64,000 nucleotides of DNA from assembly GCA_965602015.1 (NCBI GenBank), contig OZ271918.1, forward strand, positions 2,016,001 to 2,080,000. Reading direction: 5' to 3'. This DNA is from Salinispira sp. GTDB lineage: Bacteria; Spirochaetota; Spirochaetia; DSM-27196; Salinispiraceae. Position numbers and translations under genes: made by a program. How positions within the stretch are numbered: position 1 is the first letter of the stretch; the number at the start of each line of letters is the position of its first letter. The notes below the pieces were generated by a model. The model worked only from the letters and a program-made list of their open reading frames with translations. It was not told where the DNA came from and searched no databases. This document shows positions 31,255 through 40,311 of this stretch, one piece after another.

Positions 31255-31323
31255 GAACCCGTACAGCTTTTTCGAGCCGGGGGATTTTAAGTCCCCTGTG
31301 TCTACCAATTCCACCACTCCGGC
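31238..31323 (-). tRNA. tRNA-Leu(TAA)
   Basis: GCCGGAGTGGTGGAATTGGTAGACACAGGGGACTTAAAATCCCCCGGCTCGAAAAAGCTGTACGGGTTCAAGTCCCGTCTCCGGTA. Cloverleaf with long variable arm and TAA anticodon; CCA not encoded. Confidence 0.97.
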
Positions 31324-31385
31324 ACGGTCGAGGCGATACTACTATGGCCCTTAATCCGTGGTCAAGCTTTTGCTATACTGGGCAT

Positions 31386-32201
31386 ATGCATCAAGAGACG
31401 ATAGCTCACGGGTTTGTAGACAGTCATTTTCACCTCGCCATTCTCGAGTCGAAGAATGTGGACATGGGGGTTCTTGCGAAAAAACTCACAGCATCGGGTG
31501 TGAGTGCCGGCATCGACATTGCCGTCGGCCTTGAGGATTTGGAAGAGAGAAAAAACCGGCTCAAAGTTTTTCCGGGTTTTGGCTACAGTATCGGACTGTA
31601 TCCCTCATATGCCGATCGGGATGATATGGATGCAGAACTCCATAGGCTCAGGCAGGTGGTCGCCGAGCATGCTCGGGACCCCCGCTTTGTCGCGATGGGC
31701 GAAATGGGGCTCGATTATCATTGGAACTATGGAAGCCCTGAGCTTCAGCGGTATATATTGCAATCCCAACTCGATATAGCAGCGGAATCCGGTTTGCCGG
31801 TGGTAATTCATAACCGACAGGCCGATGATGATCTCTTTAAAATTTTACGGGGGTCGGAGAGTCGGGGCATTATGCATTGTTTTTCATCGAATGCCGAGCA
31901 GATGCGGAAGTTTACCGAGTTGGGGATGTACATCAGCTTCGCGGGTAACCTTACCTTCAAAAATGCCCATGATATCCGGCAGGCAGCGGCCGAGGTACCC
32001 CTGGACCGGGTGTTATTTGAAACCGATTCTCCTTTTTTAAGCCCGGTGCCTCTCAGAGGAAAGGTAAACGATCCGACTCATGTCAGGTATGTCTACGATT
32101 TTTTTGCTGAACTTCGTGGATTAGAAAGTAAAGAACTAAAAGACCAGGTGCGCCGGAATTTTAATCGGGCAATACCTCGTTATGAGGCAATTGCAGGGTA
32201 A
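31386..32201 (+). CDS. tatD: TatD family hydrolase
   Basis: DSHFH, GEMGLDY, HNRQA, MHCFS, ETDSPFLSP. Confidence 0.93.
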   Translation: MHQETIAHGFVDSHFHLAILESKNVDMGVLAKKLTASGVSAGIDIAVGLEDLEERKNRLKVFPGFGYSIGLYPSYADRDDMDAELHRLRQVVAEHARDPRFVAMGEMGLDYHWNYGSPELQRYILQSQLDIAAESGLPVVIHNRQADDDLFKILRGSESRGIMHCFSSNAEQMRKFTELGMYISFAGNLTFKNAHDIRQAAAEVPLDRVLFETDSPFLSPVPLRGKVNDPTHVRYVYDFFAELRGLESKELKDQVRRNFNRAIPRYEAIAG

Positions 32202-33342
32202 CCCGGGTGCCCTTTGTTACTGCTGAATCAATGCGAACCACTCCGCCGTGAGCTTCGACAATGGTTTTTACACTTACCATACCGAGACCTGTTCCGCCTT
32301 TCTGCGAGCTGGAGTAAAACGGCTCGAAAATGTGGGCCAACACGTCCTCGCTCATACCGGTTCCGGTATCGGCAACGCTCAGTTCAAGGGATCCGTTTTC
32401 CTGAACACCCCTGATGTGCAGATCGCCTCCCTCCGACATGGCTTTGCGCGCATTATCGCAGAGGTTTATCATCGCCCGAAGCAGGCGCTCTTCATCCACG
32501 TAAAACGGGCGATTTCCCAGGTGTTCAATTTGTAAATTGATGCCGCTACCCTCGAGATTCTTCGTGAGGTACTGATTGAGCTTTTGGAAAATCATGGGGA
32601 AGGAAGTAAACACCCAGTTGAGTCGCAATTCTCCTCGAGAGTAGTCGAGAAGCTCCTGGGCAAACTGATTCAGCCGGATAGTTTCCTGCACTATTTTTTG
32701 CGAATACTCGCGGACCTGATCGGGCTCATCGTACAGAACCTGCATCATCTCGCCGTAACCTTTAATGACCGAAAGAGGGTTACGCAGGTCATGGATAATC
32801 AGGCTTGAGAGCTTACCGAGGTTGGAAAAGCGCTCGCTTCGAATCAGCTCCTTTTGTGCGGCTTTGAGATCTACCAGGGCCTGTTGCAACTCCCTATTCT
32901 GCTCGTTCAAGCTCTGAATAAAGCTGTCATTACTTTTTCGTATCATTCGGCTCAGGGCTCTGAGCACGGCAAACATTATGCTTGGATAAGTCTCTGCCAA
33001 GCGGTAAAAATCTTCCTTCCGCATATAGCGAAGAGTGCAATCGCTGGCGGCGATTACACTGGCGCTTCGGGGTTCATCATCAATGAGTGCCATCTCGCCA
33101 AAAATGCTTCCAGTGCCCTGCTCCGCCAGTTTAGCCCCGTCGTCATGACCGTGATTCTTCCAGATCTCGACTAATCCGGTCACAACGATGAACAATCGGT
33201 CGGCTGCCTCATTCTCGCTGAGAATGCAATCGCCTGCTCTATACTCGGCCTGTTTGAAGTAGGGTGATATTTTGGCAATTTCATGATCTTCAAGAACCTT
33301 GAAGAAATCTGAATTTTTTAGAAAGGCCTCGGTGTTTTTCAT
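32161..33342 (-). CDS. cyclic-nucleotide-binding sensor histidine kinase (orphan, soluble)
   Basis: FGEMALIDDEPRSASV cNMP motif; coiled coil; IHDLRNPL H-box; NLCDNA, DTGTGM and GGTGLG ATPase boxes. Confidence 0.92.
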   Translation of the reverse strand: MKNTEAFLKNSDFFKVLEDHEIAKISPYFKQAEYRAGDCILSENEAADRLFIVVTGLVEIWKNHGHDDGAKLAEQGTGSIFGEMALIDDEPRSASVIAASDCTLRYMRKEDFYRLAETYPSIMFAVLRALSRMIRKSNDSFIQSLNEQNRELQQALVDLKAAQKELIRSERFSNLGKLSSLIIHDLRNPLSVIKGYGEMMQVLYDEPDQVREYSQKIVQETIRLNQFAQELLDYSRGELRLNWVFTSFPMIFQKLNQYLTKNLEGSGINLQIEHLGNRPFYVDEERLLRAMINLCDNARKAMSEGGDLHIRGVQENGSLELSVADTGTGMSEDVLAHIFEPFYSSSQKGGTGLGMVSVKTIVEAHGGVVRIDSAVTKGTRVTLQLPHNEVLPD

Positions 33343-33437
33343 GCCTGATCAGTGTAGTGCCTTAATCTCCGCATTGTAAAGCGTATTTTTGCCGTCATTC
33401 GGGGTGTGACCTTGGAACATACATGCGGTAGTGGCAC

Positions 33438-33468
33438 AAAAAAAAACCGCCGGAAACCGGCGGTTTTT
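33438..33468 (-). terminator. intrinsic terminator after the flaA genes
   Basis: A-run, CCGCCGG-AAA-CCGGCGG, T-run. Confidence 0.75.
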
Positions 33469-33487
33469 AACCTGTTCTGGCTGGTTC

Positions 33488-34189
33488 TTACCAACCGTCG
33501 TCCATATCGTCGGGATCCCGGTTATCTTCCGAAAAGAGATCGGTCCAAACCCGCAGATCATCGAGATATACATAATATGTTCCGATTGCTTCGAGCATGT
33601 TCGGCTCAATGGTAAAACCGACGATCTGAATTCCCTGCTGATTATTGTAATGAGGGTTTCGCTGCTCGACGGTCGGTGGAACTGCAACGGTCAGCCGCTT
33701 CCATCCGCTGAAATTAAGGGTTCCCATGGGAAGGGTTGAACGGCGGCCGAAGAAATCTTCAACGACAACGTTCAATCGGTGATTGAAGTTACGACCGACT
33801 ACCCACACCGAAATGGTTTTGGTTATTCCGGGAACCTGAAGGGGTCGGACCGGAGCGATGGAAATTGTGGTATTTCCTCTACGGAGAAAATCGACCCTGA
33901 CGCCAAGTACGAATTCATCGGGTTCTTCTATGCCCGCTTCTACCTCGGCTTCAATTGGCTCTTTAAGTAATGGTCCGCCTTCGAATCGCCGATGTGAGGC
34001 AAAGCCGTCGTCCAGCGGAATACTCACGGACCAAAAACCCGGATCTTCAAACTTCGAAACCGAAACTTCCTGGAGGGCTTGCTGGGCGCTGTCCACGCCG
34101 ATCTGCGAAGGCACCGGTTCGGTTGCCTGCGCAAAAATCGATCCGGCAAGCAGCAGCAGAACAATGTATGCGATAACTAAGCGCTTCAT
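33488..34189 (-). CDS. flaA: flagellar filament outer-layer (sheath) protein FlaA
   Basis: Signal peptide; VLGVRVDFLRRG, ISVWVVGRNFNH, LNFSGWKRL, YVYLDDL. Confidence 0.88.
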   Translation of the reverse strand: MKRLVIAYIVLLLLAGSIFAQATEPVPSQIGVDSAQQALQEVSVSKFEDPGFWSVSIPLDDGFASHRRFEGGPLLKEPIEAEVEAGIEEPDEFVLGVRVDFLRRGNTTISIAPVRPLQVPGITKTISVWVVGRNFNHRLNVVVEDFFGRRSTLPMGTLNFSGWKRLTVAVPPTVEQRNPHYNNQQGIQIVGFTIEPNMLEAIGTYYVYLDDLRVWTDLFSEDNRDPDDMDDGW

Positions 34190-34962
34190 CAGTTAACCCC
34201 CTGATTCCATAGTGCCTCGACCTCTTCGGGGTCGGAGAGCAGTTCGCCGTCGAAGGGCTGCATAAACACGTCGGTGAAAACCTTTATCTGGTCAAGGTAT
34301 ACGAAGAATCCGCTGACATTCTCATTCGGCGTGGTCCACAGTACAATTTTCACCAGCTCCAGGCCTTTCCGCTGGGGTACATAGGTAACGTTCTGGGGAA
34401 TCGCATTGGGAATGTTTACCATCAAATTCCGCCATCCGCGGTAATTGATGTCGTCCACCCTGATGACGTGACTAATGCCCCGGTAATCCTGGAGATGCAC
34501 TTCCACGTAGTAGTTATAATTAGAGCCCCAAACCCAGAAATCCATATTCTTTACGATACCGGGAATCGGTATTCCCTGGGGAACCGGATTGCCGTCCGCA
34601 TCGTCTTCATCCGCAACCGGAATGAATTCCAGGTAGTTGTAACCCTGCCGGTCAAAGGCAGCTTCAACACCCAGTGCCCGGGGAGTAACGCCCGGGGGAA
34701 CGGGATTGTTGCGGTTGTAAAGCGCTTCGGGATAGGTCTCCACCCACGCGAACCGCGGGTAGTCTTCTGTGATAAATTTACTTCCTCGAACAATCCATCG
34801 AAAGTTCTGTCTGGTACCGTAAATATCGGTGCCGGCAGGGTCATCGAACCGCTCAATTATACGAGACTGCAGATTCTCTGTATCATTTTGGGCGTACAGA
34901 TTTGAAGCAAGTAGAATTATCAGAGCCATCAGGCATAATGTGAGCACGCTGCCTCGTCTCAT
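34189..34962 (-). CDS. flaA: flagellar filament outer-layer (sheath) protein FlaA
   Basis: Signal peptide; FDRQGYNY, WVWGSNYNY, YRGWRNL, VYLDQIK; paralogous to and coupled with the next gene. Confidence 0.88.
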   Translation of the reverse strand: MRRGSVLTLCLMALIILLASNLYAQNDTENLQSRIIERFDDPAGTDIYGTRQNFRWIVRGSKFITEDYPRFAWVETYPEALYNRNNPVPPGVTPRALGVEAAFDRQGYNYLEFIPVADEDDADGNPVPQGIPIPGIVKNMDFWVWGSNYNYYVEVHLQDYRGISHVIRVDDINYRGWRNLMVNIPNAIPQNVTYVPQRKGLELVKIVLWTTPNENVSGFFVYLDQIKVFTDVFMQPFDGELLSDPEEVEALWNQGVN

Positions 34963-35012
34963 TCTCCACTCCTTTGAATGCTAATCGCGGACCCTCATAG
35001 TCCACGTCAAAA

Positions 35013-35041
35013 ATTATATGTTGTCTCCCCCCCTGTGTCAA
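35013..35041 (-). promoter_or_regulatory. consensus sigma70 promoter of the flaA operon
   Basis: Minus strand TTGACA (35036-35041)-N17-TATAAT (35013-35018). Confidence 0.85.
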
Positions 35042-35118
35042 ACATCGGACAGAGACGCACGTTTTAATACTAATCATTTTATCGGCAAAATCAAGGGAAC
35101 AGCCGGCGGGTTTTTTCG

Positions 35119-36105
35119 TTATTTGCTTTCGCTTGTGTCGAAGGGTAGCGCAATGTCTATTTTCCCCGCATTACGGTCGTCCTCTCCACGTTTTTCCTCT
35201 GTCAGCTGCAGCGATAGGGCATCAAACAGCAGAGAAAGGCGCAGGGGAAACCCTGCTGACACCCTACCCCCGACCGGCAGGTAGGGCGCAATGATATGTT
35301 CGACTATCCCGTTTTCAATTTCCGGAATAATCGCAAGGAGTTCCTCCGGGTTCAACAGCAGCACAATCCCATCACCAGCGGCCTCCACGGACCTTCGGCG
35401 AACATCGTCGACCACCGAACCCTGAAAATCGGGATTTTTTACATCGATCACCTCAAGCGTTGCAGCGGGAAGAGTCAACAGTTGTCTCGTAAGCATTGAC
35501 GCGGCAGGAGTCAGACCGCCATCCTCGGCCGCCTCATTTGATTCCCTATGCCCATCGCCGTAGCCCGCGAGAAATTCGAAATCAACATACATAGTCCAGC
35601 TGATGCCGGAAGATGAAAGGTAGCTATAAAAGCTGGAATCTTCCAAATCCGGATAAAAGCGCACATGAGACAGCCGGGGATCGGTTCGCAAGGGATCACC
35701 CACGTAGACGATGCGCGAACTCTCGTGAGCGATACTCAAAATTTCAGCAAGATACGGAAACCATGCAGGGGGCAGAAGAATGACCTGATTCGGCAATGTA
35801 ATCTGCGCGGGAAGGGTTTCAACGTCCAATTGTTCCGCCGGTCCGGGCAGCGGCAAGGGCCGTAATGTCAGGGAGAAACCGGACCGGCCTGCCGAACGGC
35901 TCAGGAACCTGCGGGGATTTTTAACGTCTTCGTTTATCTCTACAAAACGTTCCGTTGCGGGATCCATAACCATTAGCAGATCCTGCCGCGGCGCGCAGGA
36001 CCACAAGGCAACAAGGGTTAATAACAGAACTGCAAGGCCCTGCTCAGATGTGTGACTGGTTTTCCACGTTGCTCGACGTTTGTTTTTGAATATCCGGCTC
36101 ATCAA
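35119..36105 (-). CDS. hypothetical (lipo)protein
   Basis: 328-aa ORF with hydrophobic stretch ending LWSC; start uncertain. Confidence 0.65.
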   Translation of the reverse strand: MMSRIFKNKRRATWKTSHTSEQGLAVLLLTLVALWSCAPRQDLLMVMDPATERFVEINEDVKNPRRFLSRSAGRSGFSLTLRPLPLPGPAEQLDVETLPAQITLPNQVILLPPAWFPYLAEILSIAHESSRIVYVGDPLRTDPRLSHVRFYPDLEDSSFYSYLSSSGISWTMYVDFEFLAGYGDGHRESNEAAEDGGLTPAASMLTRQLLTLPAATLEVIDVKNPDFQGSVVDDVRRRSVEAAGDGIVLLLNPEELLAIIPEIENGIVEHIIAPYLPVGGRVSAGFPLRLSLLFDALSLQLTEEKRGEDDRNAGKIDIALPFDTSESK

Positions 36106-36108
36106 TGG

Positions 36109-36816
36109 CTATGAACCCGGCCGGTAAAAAAGCCTCATTATCGGTTTAATCCGACTCTCCAGGGACAGGCGATACTGAATATCTCCTTCAAGACGCGAGT
36201 AAAACCTGTCGGTTGCCGTCAGTACGCTGAGGATGCCTGCCGCCAATATCCACGCCCAGAAAGGCCGGATGAGTCCGTAGAGCATCTGTACACCCGGCGC
36301 CAGAATAAAAAGGATAATCAGCGAGCTGTACATCAGGAACTGCCAGGCCTTCTCAAAACGGGGAGAGCGCCAAATTGCCCGTGAAACCGTATGAACATAT
36401 AAAAGATGATACAGGGGAATAAAAAGAAGATTTATTTGATCCAGGCTCGTGATAAAAATAAAATACATGCCCAGGTTGTAGAGAATAAAAAAGCCCGAAA
36501 GTTGAGATTGCATAAGCATCAGTCCCCGCTCACCTTCTCTTTCAAAATCTGCCTTAGACCGCAATACGGTGAGAAGACTAAAGATAGTGGGAATGAGAAA
36601 GTACAGGAGGAAACTGTAGAGGTACAGAGAGAGGGGAGTTATGCGATAATCGGTAAACAAGCGCAAAAGCAGTACGATCACAAGGGGGAGCACCGCCCCA
36701 AGCATGCCGCGAATTACCCGTTTGCGAACCGGGATAAAGTCCTTGATCTGTTCCCGTCGACTATAAATAAGATGACCGAGGAACAAGGGAATGGAAAAGA
36801 GAAGAAATACCTGCAT
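36109..36816 (-). CDS. hypothetical integral membrane protein
   Basis: About 7 hydrophobic segments; ATG at 36816 avoids the metX promoter. Confidence 0.7.
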   Translation of the reverse strand: MQVFLLFSIPLFLGHLIYSRREQIKDFIPVRKRVIRGMLGAVLPLVIVLLLRLFTDYRITPLSLYLYSFLLYFLIPTIFSLLTVLRSKADFEREGERGLMLMQSQLSGFFILYNLGMYFIFITSLDQINLLFIPLYHLLYVHTVSRAIWRSPRFEKAWQFLMYSSLIILFILAPGVQMLYGLIRPFWAWILAAGILSVLTATDRFYSRLEGDIQYRLSLESRIKPIMRLFYRPGS

Positions 36817-36886
36817 AATGTTCTGACAGAACCTACCACGGCTGGTCGGAACGAGGCAAGTGAGAAGGCTTTGTAACCGCGCCGTA

Positions 36887-36915
36887 TTGACAGCCCATTT
36901 CGGCGGACATACCAT
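36887..36915 (+). promoter_or_regulatory. sigma70 promoter of metX-metW
   Basis: TTGACA-N17-TACCAT. Confidence 0.65.
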
Positions 36916-36948
36916 CATAATTCCGAAGTGCGGGAAGCAGGAGAAACA

Positions 36949-38094
36949 GTGGATCAGCATAGAATGTCCGTCGGCCTGGTGGAAAGCCGGGAAGTGGTTT
37001 TTGATAGTTCAAAGGCTCTGCGCCTGGAAAGCGGTCAAGATTTCGGCCCCGTGCGGGTCACCTACGAAACCTACGGACGTCTCAATAGTGAAAAAACCAA
37101 TGCCATCTTAATCGTTCACGCATTTTCCGGGGATGCCCATGCAGCGGGATATCACGGAGATTCGGATAAAAAGCCGGGGTGGTGGGACAGTATGATCGGG
37201 CCGGGAAAGGCCTTCGATACCAGGCAGTATTTTGTCATCTGTTCCAACGTCCTCGGGGGCTGCATGGGCACAAGCGGTCCGAACAGCACCGATCCGGCGA
37301 CGGGAAAGCCCTACGCAATGGATTTCCCGGTAATCACCATTCAGGACATGGTAAAGCTGCAAAAAATGCTCATTGACCACCTGGGGATTGATAGCCTGCT
37401 GGCTGTCGCCGGCGGCTCCATGGGGGGGATGCAGGTTCTTGAATGGAGCATCGCGTACCCCGAAAGGCTGCGTACCGCCATCGTCATCGCCTCCACCGGC
37501 CGTCTGAGCGCCCAGGGAATCGCATTTAATGCGGTTGGACGAAACGCCATTATGTTCGATCCGAACTGGCAGCAGGGCAGGTACTACGACAGCGGCAGTT
37601 TTCCCCGGCAGGGATTGTCGATAGCCCGGATGATCGGTCACATCACCTATCTGTCCGAGGAATCAATGAGAATGAAATTCGGCCGTAAGCTTCAGACCAG
37701 GGAAGATTTTAATTTCGACTTCTCCGATCAGTTCCAGGTGGAAAGCTATCTTGAGTACCAGGGCGACCGTTTCGTGGAACGCTTCGACGCCAACTCATAT
37801 ATATATTTGAGCAAGGCGATGGATTACTATGATTTTTCCTCCCGTTTCGGCGGACTTGACCAGTCGCTGAGCAGAACACAATGTTCGTTCCTGGTCATCT
37901 CATACAGCAGCGACTGGCTGTTTCCCTCATATCAGTCCAAAGAACTGGTCTACGCCATGATGAGGCAGGGCCGGGACGTCTCGTATACCGAACTGGACAG
38001 CCCCTACGGCCACGATGCATTTCTCCTGGAAACCGGCCGTCAGGAGCTGATCGTCTCGAGTTTCCTCAAATCCGCCATGGAGGGCCGCCGATGA
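36949..38094 (+). CDS. metX: homoserine O-acetyltransferase (MetX family)
   Basis: [44 protein letters not shown] start with GGAG SD. Confidence 0.95.
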   Translation: MDQHRMSVGLVESREVVFDSSKALRLESGQDFGPVRVTYETYGRLNSEKTNAILIVHAFSGDAHAAGYHGDSDKKPGWWDSMIGPGKAFDTRQYFVICSNVLGGCMGTSGPNSTDPATGKPYAMDFPVITIQDMVKLQKMLIDHLGIDSLLAVAGGSMGGMQVLEWSIAYPERLRTAIVIASTGRLSAQGIAFNAVGRNAIMFDPNWQQGRYYDSGSFPRQGLSIARMIGHITYLSEESMRMKFGRKLQTREDFNFDFSDQFQVESYLEYQGDRFVERFDANSYIYLSKAMDYYDFSSRFGGLDQSLSRTQCSFLVISYSSDWLFPSYQSKELVYAMMRQGRDVSYTELDSPYGHDAFLLETGRQELIVSSFLKSAMEGRR

Positions 38095-38699
38095 GCAGCA
38101 TCAGCCACAGCCGTTTTAGCTACGAGGAAATCCTCAACCTGGTCAAGCCCGGCGCCTCGGTGCTCGATCTGGGCTGCGGCGACGGGGAACTCCTGCTTAT
38201 GTTGGAGGAGCGGCTCGGTTGCCGGGGGCGCGGGGTGGACAGACAGGAAGAAATGGTTCTGGCCTGCATCAGCAAGGGGCTTTCGGTTTTCCAGGGAGAT
38301 TTGGATGAGGGATTAAAAGACTACCCGAGCAAAAGCTACGACTATGTTATCCTCAATCAGACCCTACAGATGCTCCAGGAACCCCGTTTCCTTCTCCAGG
38401 AGATGATGAGGGTCGGCAGACACATTATTGTAAACTTTCCGAATTTCGGTCATTACATAAGCCGTCTGCAGCTGATGTTCGGGGGACGGATGCCCCAAAA
38501 CCGCCAGCTACCCATCCCCTGGTATGAAACGCCGAACATACACTTTTGCACCCGGAAGGACTTCGTCGATCTCTGCGATGAATTAAACCTCGCTATTGTG
38601 GACGAGATCGGTCTGGCCAGCAACGGGCGGAAAATACGCAGGGGCGGGAACCTCAGAGCGGCTCAGGTCTGCATGCTCCTGGAAGGAAAAAACGGCTAA
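38091..38699 (+). CDS. metW: methionine biosynthesis protein MetW
   Basis: [33 protein letters not shown] overlap with metX. Confidence 0.94.
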   Translation: MSSISHSRFSYEEILNLVKPGASVLDLGCGDGELLLMLEERLGCRGRGVDRQEEMVLACISKGLSVFQGDLDEGLKDYPSKSYDYVILNQTLQMLQEPRFLLQEMMRVGRHIIVNFPNFGHYISRLQLMFGGRMPQNRQLPIPWYETPNIHFCTRKDFVDLCDELNLAIVDEIGLASNGRKIRRGGNLRAAQVCMLLEGKNG

Positions 38700-38743
38700 G
38701 TCGTTCCTATCGGATAATATAGATTGGAGAGCTCCGAGCCTAT

Positions 38744-38772
38744 TTGACCTTTTCCCGGCACAATGCTACATT
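38744..38772 (+). promoter_or_regulatory. sigma70 promoter of infC-rpmI-rplT
   Basis: TTGACC-N17-TACATT with extended TG. Confidence 0.65.
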
Positions 38773-38848
38773 GTCAGCTCACAATCCGTATTCTCGGAGC
38801 CTCGGCTACTGGCATAGCCATGCTCCGCACAAACCAAAGGGAGGCATA

Positions 38849-39373
38849 TTGTCCGCAAAAAACCATCGAATTAACGAGCAGATCCGTGTCAGGGAAGTGC
38901 GCCTGATCGATGACGAGGGAGAACAGGCCGGAGTCGTTGCCACAGACAAGGCTCTTGAAATGGCAAAAGAGAAGGGTCTCGACCTGGTCGAGGTCGCGCC
39001 AAACGCCAAACCTCCGGTGTGCAAGCTTATTGATTACGGCAAGTACAAATACGAGATGGATAAAAAGAACCGGGAGTCTAAAAAAAATCAGACTCAGGTC
39101 AAGTTGAAAGAAATCCGTATGCAGCCGAAAATCGAGGGCCACGACCTGCAGTTCAAGACCAAGCACGTCCTGGAATTCCTTCAGGAAGGTAATAAATGCA
39201 AGGTCACCATACGGTTCCGCGGACGGGAGCTGGCCCACACGTACTTAGGAAAGGATGTACTGTTAAAGGTACTTGATATTCTGGGAGAAGAGAATTACAT
39301 CCTCGATCGCCCCCCCACCATGGAGGGACGTTTTATGAGCATGATTCTCAGCCCCCGGAAAAAAACAAAATAG
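38849..39373 (+). CDS. infC: translation initiation factor IF-3
   Basis: [38 protein letters not shown]; non-ATG start (TTG at 38849 after GGGAGG). Confidence 0.96.
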   Translation: MSAKNHRINEQIRVREVRLIDDEGEQAGVVATDKALEMAKEKGLDLVEVAPNAKPPVCKLIDYGKYKYEMDKKNRESKKNQTQVKLKEIRMQPKIEGHDLQFKTKHVLEFLQEGNKCKVTIRFRGRELAHTYLGKDVLLKVLDILGEENYILDRPPTMEGRFMSMILSPRKKTK

Positions 39374-39383
39374 AGAGGGTATC

Positions 39384-39581
39384 ATGCCTAAAATGAAAAC
39401 CCGCAAAGCTGCGGCCAAGCGCTACACGGTGACCGCTACCGGTAAGGTTCGATACAAGAAGCAGGGTCTTCGACATATCCTTACCAAAAAGAGCACCAAG
39501 CGCAAACGAAAGCTCCGCAAAACCGGTATTCTCAGCCCCGCTGAGACCATGCGGGTGCGGAAACTCCTGCCCTACGGATAG
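39384..39581 (+). CDS. rpmI: 50S ribosomal protein L35
   Basis: [14 protein letters not shown]...RHILTKKS. Confidence 0.97.
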   Translation: MPKMKTRKAAAKRYTVTATGKVRYKKQGLRHILTKKSTKRKRKLRKTGILSPAETMRVRKLLPYG

Positions 39582-39799
39582 TCCGCCGAGCAGGGGCAGG
39601 ACGGGGTATAACCCGTCGCCAGATTAACGGTCCGAAAGCAGGAAACGGACCGCGATGTAAAAATGCACCGGAATGTGTTTACTTATCGGCTATTCCGGTC
39701 GCCAGGTTCGAGGTTGACGGCATACCGAAGAACCGGCGTTTGTATTATTTCGAAACGGGGAAAGCAGCCTGCGGCTGAGCCCGAAACACAGGAGATCAA

Positions 39800-40153
39800 A
39801 TGCCAAGAGCAGTAGACGGAACCCGTCGCAAAACGCGGCGGAAAAAAGTATTAGATCAGACCAAGGGGTTCTGGGGCCGCCGGAGCACCCTGCACACCAC
39901 CGCGAAAGACGCCCTGAAGAAAAGTCTTCAGTACGCGTACAGGGACCGCAAGGTTAAAAAGCGGGAATTCCGCCAGTTGTGGATCGCCCGTATTTCGGCA
40001 GCGGTACGCGAAGAGGGCATGTCATATTCCCGTTTTATCAACGGGCTGAACAAAGCCAACGTGGAAATCAATAGAAAGGTTCTTTCCAACCTGGCCATCG
40101 AAGATCCCAAGGCATTCCAGGCCTTGGTTGAGCTGGCCAAAAAGAGCCTCTAA
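39800..40153 (+). CDS. rplT: 50S ribosomal protein L20
   Basis: YAYRDRKVKKREFRQLWIARI, YSRFINGL, INRKVLSNLA. Confidence 0.97.
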   Translation: MPRAVDGTRRKTRRKKVLDQTKGFWGRRSTLHTTAKDALKKSLQYAYRDRKVKKREFRQLWIARISAAVREEGMSYSRFINGLNKANVEINRKVLSNLAIEDPKAFQALVELAKKSL

Positions 40154-40187
40154 GAATCATCTTTCCAGTACATTCCTTGAATTAATA

Positions 40188-40220
40188 TCTGCCCGGGGTT
40201 TGCCCGGGCAGTTTCGTTTT
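40188..40220 (+). terminator. intrinsic terminator after rplT
   Basis: CTGCCCGGG...CCCGGGCAG stem followed by TTTCGTTTT. Confidence 0.65.
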
Positions 40221-40311
40221 AAAACACACACACGCAGAAATATCCTTTTATGGACAGACCTTTGGCCAGAACGTATACTGAAACGAGAACACAGCATACG
40301 GGGGGGGGGAA

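Noticed and set aside
30415..31290. 291-aa + strand ORF with 59-aa repeats
   Set aside because: It is a by-product of the 177-bp (multiple of 3) repeat. It overlaps the PPIase gene and runs antisense through the terminators and the tRNA.
30537..31323. Prophage or genomic island at tRNA-Leu
   Set aside because: No integrase or cargo genes lie between the tRNA-end duplications, and the flanks are core genes.
35079..35086. Perfect GCCGATAA sigma28 -10 upstream of flaA (minus strand)
   Set aside because: No TAAA/TCAA at 15-16 nt spacing, and a perfect sigma70 promoter lies closer to the gene.
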